A DNA stretch of 64,000 bases from Ramazzottius varieornatus (Eukaryota; Animalia; Tardigrada), in NCBI GenBank assembly GCA_001949185.1, contig BDGG01000004.1, positions 1,885,620-1,949,619 on the forward strand. Direction: 5' to 3'. The notes beneath the pieces are model-generated. The model was not told where the DNA came from. It saw nothing but the letters and a program-made list of their open reading frames with translations, and ran no database searches. The translations under genes and the position numbers were made by a program. Below are positions 41,881 to 57,397 of the stretch, in pieces (positions within the stretch are counted from its first letter, which is position 1; each line of letters opens with the position of its first letter).

Positions 41881-42654
41881 TTAATAGCAGTCGAGGCAGT
41901 GAAGGAGTTTACGAGATCTAGCTGACCGCCGGACATTGACGGGCAAGCAGAACGCGTTGGGGTTAACGTTGGGGTTAACCGTGGTCTGGATATCCTTGTT
42001 CGGCTAGATCACAGACATGGTGAGCGGCTGAACGGATAGGAGTCTGCCTCCTGAACCTGCATCAGCGCCAGAATCTAGAACTCTAACCAAAGTGTCGACA
42101 GGAAATGGCGCTAAACGCACAGAAACGTCCTGATCAGAATCCAGAAAGAAAACTTTTCGGTTCACAGAGCGTGCGGCCTGAATCAACGTCTCTTGCAATC
42201 AACCAACAGACTAATAGTCTTAGCCATCTGTATGCGTCACCGCCGATACTTTAGGGCATTCGCTGTAGAGCTCACAGACTGGCGCAATACGTCATGCTGG
42301 GCCAACAAACAGGAAGGTTTATCCAGCCGTGCTCAAGCAAACAACGACGGATGCCAAGGGCGTCAGAGACATCCAATAGTGTACCGTCAGTGAGGACTGC
42401 CAATAGTAAACCCCCTATTTCGCTGTCTGGTTCTGACAATCTGACGTGGCTGAAGTTTCAAAGTGAAGTGACAGGCTCAGCTATCACAGCATCATCGCTC
42501 TCATCGTTCTCCGCCTCCGGTATCTTCCGGCTGTTTTGTAGGATTAGGAAGAAGGATTGACCCGAATCGGACAGTCGAGAAGCAACGCTTGTGAATTCCT
42601 CGGGACAGCTGCGTTCATCGTCTGCTTGCTCATTGCACCTCTAGCAATCCAACC

Positions 42655-45600
42655 ATGGTAAGAGTTTGATGGTGGAACATCCGGAATGCGCTACATGCTC
42701 ACCCTTCGTTCTCCATTGCTTCAAATTACTTTTCGTTGTAGCCTCTGCGGTTAGACATCAAGCGGAAGCTGTCGTGCCGTTCGGATCGTGTGAAAAGCGT
42801 GGACTTGCACTCGACTGAGCCGTGGATGTTGGCCAGTCTGTACAATGGACAAGTCCACATCTGGAACTACGAAACTCAGGTAAGCAACCAGATCTCGCTG
42901 TATTGAAAGGTATAGGCCGTATAGAACGCGCTCGGAACTGTGCTGTTATAGGTGATGGTCAAGACTTTTGAAGTCTGCGATCTACCAGTGCGATGCTCCA
43001 AGTTCGTCATCCGCAAAAGCTGGATAGTCACGGGCTCAGACGATATGCAAATCCGAGCATATAACTATAACACCCTGGAAAGAGTCCACTCGTTCGAAGC
43101 GCATTCCGACTACGTCCGATGCCTCGTCGTCCATCCAACTCAGCCGTATGTTCTGAGTAGCAGCGGTAAGAGTCGTTCGCGAACTACTGTGTCGATTTTC
43201 CCCGCTCAGCGATGGACATTGTGATTTCGAATTCCATTTTTAGATGACATGTCCATCAAGCTGTGGGACTGGGACAAGAAATGGCAGTGTATCCAAACCT
43301 TTGAAGGCCATACTCACTACGTGATGCAAGTTGTTTTCAACCCGAAAGACAACAACACCTTTGCCAGTGCCTCGCTCGATCGAACCATAAAGGTAGGGTC
43401 TTTTTAATGGATCTTCAGATGCAGTTTCTTGATACGGCGTTATGTTTAGGTGTGGCAACTTGGGTCGTCGCAGCCCAACTATACCTTGGAGGGGCATGAA
43501 AAGGGAGTGAACACAGTCGACTACTACTATGGTGGAGAGAAACCCTACTTGATCAGTGGTGCTGACGACCGTCTGGTCAAGATCTGGGATTACCAGGTAC
43601 GAAAGATGTGCAGTTCGTGTCTTCCAGCATGTCTGCCGAAATACAACTAAAGATGTGGTTTCAGAACAAAAACTGTGTGCAGACTCTTAGTGGCCATGCG
43701 CAAAATATATCCGCCGTCTCGTTCCATCCTGACCTACCCATCATCCTTACCGGTTCCGAAGACGGTGAGATTTAGTTCCGGTCACTTTAGTTTCTGATGT
43801 AGCCGGGTTTGATAGTGATAAATTTGTAGGTACGATTCGGATATGGCATGCGAATACTTACCGTTTGGAAACCACCCTGAACTACGGGCTGGAACGGGTG
43901 TGGGCGATCAACTGCATGAAGGGATCGAACAGCATTGCCATTGGGTATGATGAAGGTAGCGTGGTCCTGAAGTTGGGTCGCGAGGAGCCAGCCGTGTCCA
44001 TGGACAACAGTGGCAAGATCATCTGGGCGAAACATTCCGAAATTCAGCAAGCTAATCTGAAGACTGTTGGCGATGCCGAAATCAAGGACGGTGAAAGACT
44101 TCCGTTGACCATCAAGGATATGGGCGGATGTGAGATCTATCCGCAGACCATCGCTCACAGTCCAAATGGCCGGTAAGAAATCCCAAGTGCGAATCCTCGA
44201 AGTGCGAATAGGAGATAAGCTTTCATGTGAGCAACCTTAAAGCCAAAAGATCGTAAGGTGGATGTTTTTGTCAGGTTCGTCGTTGTGTGCGGAGATGGCG
44301 AGTACATCATCTACACCGCGATGGCACTGCGTAACAAAAGCTTCGGACCCGCACAGGAGTTCGTTTGGTCTACGGACTCATCGGGCTACGCCATCCGGGA
44401 GAGCAACTCTTCGATCAAACTGTTCAAGAACTTCAAGGAAACCAAGTCCTTCAAACCCGACTTTGGTGCTGATGGTAAGAGTAACCACCTCTGTTGACGC
44501 TCTATGTTCGTTATTATAATTTTATCGTAAGCGATTGATACTTTCAGGTATTTTTGGTGGACCTCTTATTGGCGTCAGATCCGCAAACAGCCTGGCATTT
44601 TACGATTGGGAGTCTTTCCAGCTTATTCGTAGGATTGAAATTCAAGCAAAATTGGTAAGAAAACAAGCGTTCAGTGTTTTGCTGTCATACATACAAACTT
44701 CACCGAAAAGGCGAAAACCCTCATAATGGATGAAGATGTCGTCTAAAAACGGTGCCGGATGAGTTTCTTGTGTAGGTTTACTGGGCAGACAATGGCGAGC
44801 AGCTGGTCATTTCAACCGAAGACAGTTATTTCGTTCTCAAGTACGACGCTAAGGCAGTTACGGCGTTTGTCGAGCGCGGCGAACCTTTGCCAGAGGAAGG
44901 CATCGAAGAAGCGTTTAACGTGGTGGGCGATGTCCAGGAGACTGTCAAAACTGGTTTCTGGATCGGAGATTGCTTCGTATATTCCAACTCTGTTAACCGA
45001 CTGAATTATTTCGTCGGTGGAGAGATTGTCACAGTCGCTCATTTGGATAGGTAATCTTTGAGTGCATTTTAAACCTGAGTCTGGTTACGCCGAAATGAAT
45101 ATTTATCATGGTACTTTTACAGGACAATGTATTTACTGGGATACATTCCGAAGGATAACCGAGTTTACTTGGCTGACAAAGACCTCAACGTTACCAGCTA
45201 CCTTCTTCTCCTCTCAGTCCTTGAGTACCAGACCGCAGTCATGCGGAGAGATTTCCAGACCGCCGATCGAGTTCTGCCGAGCGTTCCAAAAGAGCAGCGT
45301 ACCAGAGTCGCACAGTTCCTGGAGAAACAGGTACATAATTTGAAACCAGGAGTCTTACAGCTGTTCGTTGAAAGATTGGCTGTTAACAGCAGGTACTTAT
45401 TCTACTACTGGTACTTGCAGGGTTTTAAGTCGCAAGCGCTAGCAGTCACTGCTGATCCGGAACACAAATTTGAGCTTGCACTTCAGCTGAAGGACCTGAA
45501 AACTGTGTATGCGTTGGCCAAGGAATCCGAAGTAAGTTCTCCAAGCTTAGTCATCTGCGATGTTTTGCATAACTAACGAATTTGCTTCGGTTGCAAAATT

Positions 45601-47014
45601 GGTGTGGTTTGTATGATTGTAACGTGAACCGACTTGCAGTAATTCAAAACTGCATTTTTTCTCTGATTTTCCTGATTAAGCCCACTCCTCGTTTTAGTCT
45701 GTGACGAAATGGAAACAGTTGGGAGCGCTAGCGTTGAAAACGTCGGACTTCAAGCTAGCAGAAGAATGCATGATTCAGGCGGAAGACTACATGGGTCTTT
45801 TGTTGTTGGCCAACTGCAGCGGTAATCGTGATTTGATGAAGCGCTTGGCTAGAATGGCAGAAGATAAGCAGCGCTTCAACGTGGCTTTCACAGCCAACTG
45901 GAGTTTGGGAAAGTGAGAAAAATCTCCTTATCAGTTCAGTGGCCTTGTTGTACATGTGCTGTGCTCCTCTCTGTTGTAGATTAGAGAACTGTTTAGACAT
46001 TCTCATCAAGTCCGATCGCCTCCCAGAAGCAGCCATTTTTGCCAGAACGCACCTCCCAAGTCACGTAGGCCGTGTCCTACTCACATGGAAGGAAAAAATG
46101 AGCCGAACGAACGTCAAAGCTGCCCAGGCTCTAGCTGATCCTGTACAATACCCCAACCTATTTCCTGGTTTCGAACAAGCTCTTCATGCTGAACAGTTCT
46201 TCAGACAAGAAAGAAGTCAGCTGACTCCTGCCAGCATGTATTCCCAGATACCGGTAAATATTAACATAAGACAAGACAAACAACTAGAAATTACTAAAAG
46301 CGTACCATTCTTTCAAGCACGTGCATACAGGAACTTGTCATCATGGCCGTCTATGCAGGTGTATGAAATGGCTCAGTCGAATTCGCATGGATTGTCAAAA
46401 GGCTTGACAAAAGCCATACCCCGTGTTAGGGCGCGCCTGTCATATATAGCAAAAACTATACGTTCCGTGTATGCAGGTTCATGAAATATTGTTCTGCTTT
46501 TCTGCCGATTTGCATTGGCTATTTGGCTGCATGTACTTCGGAATTATGATCACTCTAATAGGGGAATCTAATTGCAGAGACCTGACGATAGGCACCTGAT
46601 TGAAGAAACGCAGGATGCCGAAAGTAGCGGTCAGTTTCACTATTCACCGGAAGCGCCACCTACGAAAGCCGACGAGATGGATGCTGCAGGTAGAAGGTCT
46701 GTCAGATCGGAAGATAGTTCTGAGACGGAGCGCGCAACTTCCAGGCCGAAACCTTACGAGAACGGGGAGACTCCGACAGTCATCCGTGATGCACCGCCTT
46801 TACTCAACTCACAAGCCCATCAGCCCGCCCACAACGGAACAGACACGGATGATATCGACCAGCTGCAAGAAGAGCTGGACGACCTGGACTTCAATGGCGT
46901 GGACGGGCATGTGAGAAAGGAAAATTTCGTTTGCCTTTTTACGTATTGAATATTGATTTCAGTGAGAACCATCTTTTGCAGGATCTGCAGGAGGACGACG
47001 GCAGCCTTATCTAA
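42655..47014 (+). CDS. COPB2: Coatomer subunit beta'
   Basis: The first coding exon is only ATG, followed by [23 protein letters not shown]; WD40 repeats; [11 protein letters not shown]; [13 protein letters not shown]; [15 protein letters not shown]. Confidence 0.97.
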
Positions 47015-47239
47015 TCGCTTTCTCATTTTATTACCGGTACATCCCAGCTACACTCGTTTTTTACAATCAAGATATTTTATTCTGCGATTCGTAAGGGATA
47101 GAGATAATACGAAAACGGTAAGACGGTTGGCTTTATGCTTCGTGAGTAATTTTCCTGTTTGAAACATTCTTATGCACGAAGCAGACTGGTATCAGTAGTA
47201 AGAATAGCGCTTGAGTTTCAAAATCGAAATCCTTTCTAT

Positions 47240-48691
47240 TTAGTGGAATTCAGGCTTGGGGATTCCGAACTGATCGTAGAAGTATCCACGAAGCGTCGAC
47301 TGGCTGAAGGGGAACGGGCTGCTGTTCGAGCTAGACGTTAGGTTATGGGTATAGTTCTTCCACGGAGAGGGCGAACCGAGGTCGCCAAGCGATCCGTTGA
47401 CGTGGTACGTGTGGGAGCCACACTGTGGGACGAAAGCACTGCAGGCGGAAGAATGCGGAAGTCCGACCTACAGACAACAAGGATGTTTCTCGAGTGTTCG
47501 TACGAATACAAACAGGAGTAGGGAGATCTCTCCGGATTAGATAAAAAAACCCTCCAGGCCAAAATATATCCAGGCGGTCGAACAATATGTTAGTACATTC
47601 GTAGCTGACTGTATTCAGTTTTCTATCAGATTTAAAGTAGCCAAAGTTTTTTTTCTAAAGATGTACTTCAGGCAAAAACCCACCTTGAATAACGGAGTTG
47701 AAACTTGAGCCAGTTTTTGACATTGTTGATGGATGTAGGATGCGTAATTGGCTTGGTTGAACTGCATGGCCTGATCAATGCCCAGGTTCAACGAGTGCGG
47801 CGGGGAATGCGCGGGAAGTGTGCCGAACATGGATTTCGCGGAGAAGACCTCGTTGTAAGGACCCAGGGTGCGTTGTCCTGACCCGCCTGAATAAAACGCG
47901 CGCTTCATGCGACGACGGCGCTGATAATTGCCGTCTTTGTACATATCCAAACAGCTACTGTCCACTGCCCAGTAACACCCTAAAAAGCGGTACAGTAAAG
48001 ATCCAAAACTCTTAACAACAAACTGCGGACTAGCATCTCTATTTTTTGAGTTTTCCATTAAAGGACTTGGCTAAACCATCAAAGCTGAACAACCAAGCTC
48101 TAACAGAAACCGACCTTTCCGTTCTCCCATTCCAGGGTCGCGCGGTAGCTTGATGAAGCAATCGTTTAGGCTAAGGTTGTGACGGATGCTGTTCTGCCAG
48201 CCCTTCTTGTTCTTCAGGAAGTACGGATAGTTCTTCACGATGTAAGCATAAATGTCACACAGCGGCAGTTTCTTCTCCGGCGACTCCTGGATGGCCTTGA
48301 AGATGAGCGCCACATAGCTCAAAGGAGGGCGCTTCGAGTCCTCGGATTGGTCTTCGGATACCTTGTCTTCCGTATCCGCCTCTTGGTCATCTGGCTGGGT
48401 CTCCATTTGATGGCTCGTGAACGATGAACTGGAAGGGCGTTGAGATCCGAAACGATTAATTTGAGGAGTTTGGTGGATGACGGTCTCGTGCTGTTGCGAT
48501 GAAAGATAATTACCATCTTGTGGGGAGTAATGTATTTCTTGTTGCAGTTGTGGTAAGGAATTTGGCGAGTAGTCGGCAAAGGTCTGGTACTCAGCGGGAA
48601 GATGCTCAAGTGCGCCAGAATGATTACCTCTCAGATTCAACTCAGGTTTCACGAAGGGAAAGCTTCTCTCTACTTCCGCTAATTTGTCCAT
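47240..48691 (-). CDS. FoxL2: Forkhead transcription factor, FoxL2 class; 3 coding exons
   Basis: [10 protein letters not shown]...[34 protein letters not shown]|[40 protein letters not shown] and RRRRMKR are FoxL2-type signatures. Confidence 0.85.
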
Positions 48692-49960
48692 GTTCAGTTC
48701 ACGGACCAGAAGGAATAAGGAATGTTAAAGTAGAGAACAGACGGCGAATATTCCGGGTCTTTTGTTTCTAAAACAGCAAAAGAATATTTTGGAAACGACT
48801 GAAGTAAGAAAACACTAATAACTTCACGATATGAAACGCAACTGAAGTGGAACTCGAACGATTACTATCATGCATATTTTCGTAGCGATGAGATGGGTTA
48901 GCGCGCTTACTAAGACCAGGGAAAATACGCAAGATAGGGTTTGAGTTAGATTATGGAAAGCAAAAGATGAAAACAATGCAGCCTGAGATAACACAAGCAG
49001 GATCGTTTTGCTTGGTACGACCGCGAAGTATTAACGTTGGTATTTGGGTTGCTGATCATTTGACGACCACCGGGGTCCCGATAAGAGTTAGTGTACAAAA
49101 CCATGTCGTGTATGCGGGACTGTCGTACAGTTTTTTGTCACGGTTGTTTGAGCATCGAAGTATGGTCGGGGAGGTCATGCTAAATTTTCCCACACAGGGC
49201 GAGCCTTCTAATCTTCGGAAAATTCAGGAGACCGCTGGTCTCTGCGCATTCATTAAGTGCTATTTTTTTATGGGAAAGTTGTGCGGCGAAAAGTTTTCCT
49301 CGAAATGAAATCAATGTCGGAGTGCATATTACAGTTAATTACACTGGGGTCTTTCGCCGGGACGTTTTGGTCTGGTGTCAGCCGGCAGGTGATTGCGACG
49401 GATTAATTAACCTGAACATAGCAATCATGTTGACGTGTGATGTCAACTGAGAAGGCAACAGGTGTATACTTCACACCCAAGATTGTTTACACAGCAATGT
49501 TATGTCATACGCATGCGCTGATTGCACGGAATGCACTTCCATATGCATAATTAGAGAATTCTGTCTTATATTTCTGCTCTAGAGCTTCCTCTGCATAATT
49601 ATCTTCGTTTGTTTTCCTGAATCCCGATTTTCTGAAGTTGGCAGAGCTGAGGTAGAGGGATACGTTTCGGTGAGCTAAGATGTGAGGAATGTGAGGCGCT
49701 CGTTGTAAGAAACGGCGGTGAAGCTGTATCGCATGCAGAGAGATTTGGTCAATGGCCACGTTGACGACTTCGTTGCGTTCCTAATCTTCTGAACTTCGCA
49801 GGTAAGTTTACTTCGTATTCGAGTCTTCCTTTAGTACGTCCTGAGAACGGGTCTGCATGCATATGCGTGTGCTGCAGCTGATGGTTTTACACCTACATGT
49901 TGGATTTGCGTGTCGCTTTGCAGAGTCTGACAACGACGTACGTCGAATTGTTGCGAATGG

Positions 49961-51397
<1,437 letters not shown>

Positions 51398-51503
51398 CTT
51401 TTCATGAAAACTACTGAGAAAATGAGCCTTTGTGTCTCTTGTCAAACTTCATCACAATACCCAAATCAAAATTATTCGTACATGTAAAATCCAAGAAGAG
51501 AAT

Positions 51504-54500
51504 CTAAGTCTTGATTCTTTCATAGAGATACAGGTATCCTAAGGTAATCGGAGGCTTTTCGGACAAGGCAACTTTCTCATCATTGAAGATCACCCAGCGA
51601 TCGTCCTTCAGGATGTGGCACACGTAGTGACCACTGGCGGTTGATGAGCCCATGTGACTGATGAACGCGCGAAGACGATACACTGCCAACAACAGAGGGT
51701 TTTCGCAGAAGGTCCTTAGACCACAAGAGCCCTACCAAACTTACCTCCAGGTCCATCCCGAACAACTGATGCATTCTCCGTAGAATTCGCTGCGGCGACC
51801 GAAGCTGGCTGCGCGGGAGCATCTTCAGGATCATCTGCGTGGTTGAAAATCCAGTCAATCGCTCGTTCCACGTTATTGTCCTGAAACCATCAAACCAGAT
51901 AGGACTCGAATTCTGTATCTATCCCTTCCTCCTTTAGGAGATGTGGTTTTATGTGTTCCGAAAAGCCAGGATGTCCTACCGTGCTCTGAAGCGCTTTGAC
52001 AGCTTGTGCTCTGGTAAATCCCATGCTCGTTATTCCTGCTATGTTGTCTTCAGAAGGAACTATTTCTTTCTTGGCGCTTCCGCTGCCGGGTACGACGAAG
52101 GGGGTATCAAAGTCTGTTAAAAAGAACAAAGTTAAAAAACCAGTCCCATCAGAAGGATTTTTCGTGAACTCACCAGGGTCTCCCATATGCTCTACTATCC
52201 AGTTCATCGCGTTTTCCACACTGGTGCTACCCGTACTGTACGCTGCTCTCAAACATCCCTCACGAGAAAAGCCCATTTCCATCAGTTGTTGTACGAGAGA
52301 CTCATCAACTAAACGCCCATAGGTTAGCCAAACTGTCCCGCAGAAAGTTGAGAAATTTCTCCCAACTTACTATGAACGACAGGTGCGGCAGTCCGCGCGT
52401 CGTCTTCCGGTAACAACTCCTCGTCTGGTTTCTTACCGTAGGCGCGAAGGAATCCAATGTCCAAACTGAGCGGCATGTCCACAGCCACATCTGTAAAGCG
52501 GGATTGGTTAAGATTATACGCTAGCAGACTCAAGTCAAAATTCAGTTAACTACATGCGAACCAAGTTTCTTTGGTGTCCAATCAGAGCTCAGCGTAAACT
52601 TCTTCAAACGGATCAATAAATGATCTGGAAAAGTGGCAAACCGGGTCGACCTGAAAAACGAAGAGGAAAGCTGCGTAAATGCGGTAACAAAACCTACTGT
52701 ACCAAGAGCGAACAAGATAATACTGACTGAGATTTATTCACATACTTTGTTGCTCTGGTCTTCGCTTGGAAGGCACTGCTGTAAAAATCGTCCACGTCTT
52801 CGGTAGCGGCGAAAGCTTGAATACAGCTGTTGAAGCTGATTAGTGGTCGTACTAGTTCCACCGAGCTGGACTTTTCACCTGCTGCCGTGGCAGCCGCTTT
52901 CTTCTCTTCGTAAGCAGCAATCTCGTGCTTATTCATAGCTGCTTCCACCGGGATCGGTACGGACCATACGTAGTCCGGGTTAGACTTATAGCGCACTTTT
53001 CCGCTCTGTCCGCACTGCAGTCGTTCTTCCACTTTGAACCGGAATGAGTCAGCTGGTGAAGGCGAATTCCGATTGTTGCGCTAGAGAACAATTACGGCAT
53101 CAAAACCGAAGCGGAACATCATTTTGACTCAGAAAAAGCTTCGACTAACAACCATGTTATACAGTTGTACCTCAACTAACGTCATCAGATGCGAAAAGAA
53201 CTCTTCCGCGTCCTGTTGACGCTTTGTGCTGAACTCAGGATGGCCCTTGCCGACTAGTGATTTAAACATGAACGGTCTGATTCCTTCGGGAGGAGGTACC
53301 TGAAATATAAACCCTTTGGTCAATTCTTGCATGGAAATATTCGGAGAACCAAACCAGCCTGTCATTGGACTAATACATGAAAGTAAGGGCTGTAAGGTTA
53401 CGTACATCGCGGTTCTCCGCTTGACTTGCTTCAACAACCGGCTTCGAATGCTGACCAGACCATAGTCCGACCGCGATCTTCGCCCTAGAACAAACCATAA
53501 TAGAGTTAGAAGCATAGTCTAGGTCTAACGAGGACATCAGAACCTACATTTGGGTGTTGAAGTCTTCGGGAGGTGGAACCGTCAGTCGTTTGCTGTAAAT
53601 GTCCTCTGCACCGTAGAAATACCTTCAAAGTACCACGCTTATTGTTTGCTGGATGTGTCTTCAAATAGTTTTAATACACCGAAATTCTTCATTGGACTGT
53701 GAACAATCGACGTACTTCTGTTTGACATCGTGCAGCACGAACAGAACTTGTATGACAGAGTTCATGTAGCAGCTGTTGCCCAGGTTGATTATCCCAGTGT
53801 ATCCTGGTCCGTACAGTGGCTGAAGCTCCGAATTGCTCTCCTGCATGACTGACCATTCGTCGTACCGTTGGTTGAGATCTAGCTCCAGCTCGGCCATATT
53901 TTTCTCAGTCTGCACGACAAATCGCCAAAAAGTCAACCAATATAACCGGTTCATATTCGAGCATGGCACTACAAGGCTTCTGGCTTGCGGACCTTCTCCA
54001 TTTGTTGCACGTTGATGCCAAAATGCGCCAGATGTTCTGACAGCAGCGGATCAAGCACCATGTCGTCCTCATCGTACGAGTACACGTCTATTAAAGAAGC
54101 ATCAAATTATCATCGTGCGGACACTCGCGTTCTAGGACCTACGCTAGACCAGCATGACAATGCACGTACCTCCTCCTGTAGGTGTGATTGTTCCCAACTT
54201 GACCGCGAGCGGGTATTTTGTGTTGTTGTAGTGGTCAATGGCGTGATTATTCCCACCAGTCCCATCGAAAAACTTCCGTCCACACAAAATCTTTCCGTCA
54301 GTGAGATTCATCCACAAGTTGTCTTTCAAGTCACACTGATCGCATCTCCAACCGGAAGTCGGAATTTTGGTTCCGTTATCCAGTTGCAGCAGTTCGTAAG
54401 CATACCTAGCGATATATCAGAGTCATTCCGGCAGTACAAGTGGAATACAGTATCGTCAGCATAAAATTCAGTTCGAGTCCGAGAAAGACAATACCAACGT

Positions 54501-55382
54501 ACTTGCTCACTATGCGCTGTTCTCCATCCCAAGGCTGCAACTCTTCGACTTTCCGTGCAGAATCACTCGTCTGGATGGCTGTCACACATTGGAGAACCTG
54601 TATCAGTGCAGACCTGTTGTAGCGCACGGGAGCCCCTGAATTGTCGGTCAGACTAGGGACAATAGGACGGTTTCACGCCGCTAAGACGTACCTTGGCCGG
54701 AAGTGTTTCCTTTGGAAGCGTAATCGACTGGAAATCCGGCAAAATAACAACAGAGTACCGCTCTTCGATGTCGTACTTTGGCTCGTTCAAGTTAAATCCA
54801 CCTTCCAGACCTGGTCACGAAACACATTCATATTAGCTAGAGATTCGAAAAGAAAGACTCGCTTTCCTGTGTTCCAATAGCGTTCCAGGATCTATAGTAT
54901 GTACCAATTGCTAATCTTTTGGGCTGCTGATTTCCGTCCGCATCGTGCTTCTTCTGTGCAACCTGCGATATAAAGCGGAAGTCAGGACGGGCTACCTGAC
55001 TGCTATAGAATTCAAAGTCGAAAGTAAGAAAGAAAATGTCTACCGGAACGTTACGCACAGGCTTCTTTATCCGTCTAATATGCAGGAACACGGCGTTCTC
55101 CGTTTTAGCGAAATGCTTCTCGACATGTTGTCGTCCAAAGCCCAGAAACGTGTTCAAGCAAACGAAGAGACCTGTTTCCGATTCCTGAAACACACAACAT
55201 TTGGCCAGATGTGACAGAACATGGAGTGTGCGTTGCTGTGCTGTGCCTACCGGTGAGTCGAATGAGTAAACACATTCATCCTTATAGATCTTGTCGTTTG
55301 GACCGGGAACACGAATGCTAGGCAGATGTCGTTCCAGCGCCAAAACCGAGCCTTCCGTATCACCAGACTTTTGTGACAACAT
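51504..55382 (-). CDS. USP5: Ubiquitin carboxyl-terminal hydrolase 5 (isopeptidase T)
   Basis: [13 protein letters not shown]; Zn[19 protein letters not shown]...NNHA; Cys box [14 protein letters not shown]; two UBA domains (MGFSRE, MGFTRA); His box [16 protein letters not shown]. Confidence 0.95.
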
Positions 55383-56090
55383 CGTTTCCCCAGCCCGGAA
55401 GTGAATTTGGCAGTCGAATGCAGCTTATGCTTCCCAGATCGAATCAGCTTTCGAACAGAACAGGAAGAAAGATTTGAAACCTTTTCGCAGCCTTTTTTAG
55501 GGATTTGCGAACAGCGGTGGACGGATGATTTTCTCAGCCTAAAATCAAAACTTTCGCATCTGGCGCATACGACCTGGCCCCCATCTAAATGCAACGGGAG
55601 ATTGATTATCTGAAGAAATTCATTTCGGACTGGGTGATTTGGTCAAAATGTTCAGGAATAGATTTTTTCATCTGGGGCAGTTAGGAGTGAGTTATAACGG
55701 CTGATGCAGCCTTGTGTAGCACTCATCGGAGTATCTCATGGTGCGAAGCTCATGGGTGGCAGATGAACATTAAGCGAGATATCACTTCGGCAGATGAGGG
55801 TCCAACGTGATGAATGAAGGGATATGTTACACCACCACCTAAACATTCCAGTCTTATTTCCACTGCCAACAATAGTCCTCCTCACGACGAGCTGTTTAAG
55901 TCGTTAGCGGCTGATTTAAAATTTAAGTTTCATGATCACCTGAAAGTGATCGTTAGTGACACAAAACTCAGTTTTCTCAAACTTCGGATTACGAAGCCTC
56001 CGCTCTACTCTAACTTTCGTGAAATGTATCTTTTCTATTCTGTTTCTCATTGCTGTACACTTTCGATTTTTACCCTATTTCGACCTTGTA

Positions 56091-57397
56091 ATGCCGAGCA
56101 CTTCCGAAAGAAAGCGTCTTATCGGGGATCTGGAAGAATGGGTGGTTGGACGGAAGTTAATGAAAATGAACCTAGACCTTGACGAAGATGACGACGACGA
56201 CGACGATGAAGTGGACGTTCCCACCATGCTGCTGCAGCTCGTCAGTGCTACTCGATACATCCAACGACCGGAAGTTCCCAAGAGTAAGCACTTCGTACAG
56301 CACGTGCTTCCAGTTCTGGATGATGACCGCTTTAAATAAGAAGTTAGGATGTCCCGTGAGTCGTTCGAGACAGTACTGCGAAAGATCGAAGGACACGACG
56401 CGTTCCATCGACCAAGTAACAACCACCAATCTGATCCGCGACTACAGCTTCTGATCTGTGCCTATCGTTTCGGAAGTTCGGGAGGCTCCTCGTCCGTGGG
56501 GAAGACAGCAAGACGCTTTGGAGTGTCAGAAGGGTTTGTGATCCTGTGCACTGGTAGATGTATTGAGGGTCTACTGTCATCGGAAGGAAGCGAAGTTACC
56601 TGGCCGAATAAGAAGGAAAGAGCTTCCATCAAGGTGCGCGTGCTGGCTCTTGGAAATTTTGTAACGCGAATTAAATCGCGGTTATAGTCTCGTATTGCTT
56701 AAAGGCACGTATTCTTGGCGATTCGGGATTTCCTGACTGTGTTGGGATGCTTGATGGCACTCTCATCCCACTGGAACACAAGCCTGCAAAAGACGGTGAG
56801 GATTACTGGAGCCACAAATCCCGATATGGAATCTCGGCCATGGTTGTGTGTGACGACAAACGTAAAATCCGTTACCTGTGTGTCGGATTCTAAGGTTCAG
56901 CTCATGATATGAGGGTTTACAGAAATTCACCCATGGCAAGTCGAACTTCGAAGTTGTTCTCGCCCGGGGAATATCTTCTCGCTGACAGCGCTTACACCAC
57001 ATCAGCTTGTACCGTCGCATCCTACAAGAAATCAGCCGCAGGAGCCATGTCGACTGATAACGAGCTTTTCAATCGATACCACTCTCCCGCAAGAATCAGA
57101 ATCGAACACACTATCGGTATTCTGAAGGGACGTTTTTCCTCCTTACAGTCCCTGAGGATCAAAATTCACGATAAGAAAAGCCACAGAGTAGCTGTAAACT
57201 GGATGAAAGCCTGTGTCGATTTACGCATCATGTTACTGACGGATAGCTACTATGATGACAACTGGACAAAGTACCGAGACCCGGAAGCAACAGACGTTCC
57301 ACAAGACGCAGCTCTATTGAATGGAAAAGGGTTCAGAGAGAACATCAAACAAAGAGTCCTCAGCATCAAAAAGTCGAGTCGACGTTTTATTCAGTAA
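56091..57397 (+). pseudogene. Harbinger DDE transposase (HARBI1-like) with two in-frame TAA stops
   Basis: FK*EVRMSRESF; intron 56633-56704; GFPDCVGMLDGTLIP; GF*GSAHD; YLLADSAY; RIRIEHTIGILKGRF. Stops at 56337-56339 and 56891-56893. Confidence 0.9.

Noticed and set aside
41955-41978. Tandem CGTTGGGGTTAA x2, telomere- or G4-like
   Set aside because: Only two units and two G-tracts, most likely a simple local duplication.
46326-46471. TACAGGAAC ... GTTCCGTGTA ends in a COPB2 intron, and ORF read-through to 46484
   Set aside because: The inverted match is short and imperfect with no second copy. The read-through peptide is not COPB2-like.
56337-56893. TAA read as Gln (alternative genetic code) in the transposase
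   Set aside because: Host genes and the transposase itself end in TAA, and the second ORF also has TGA and TAG interruptions, so nonsense mutation is the simpler explanation.
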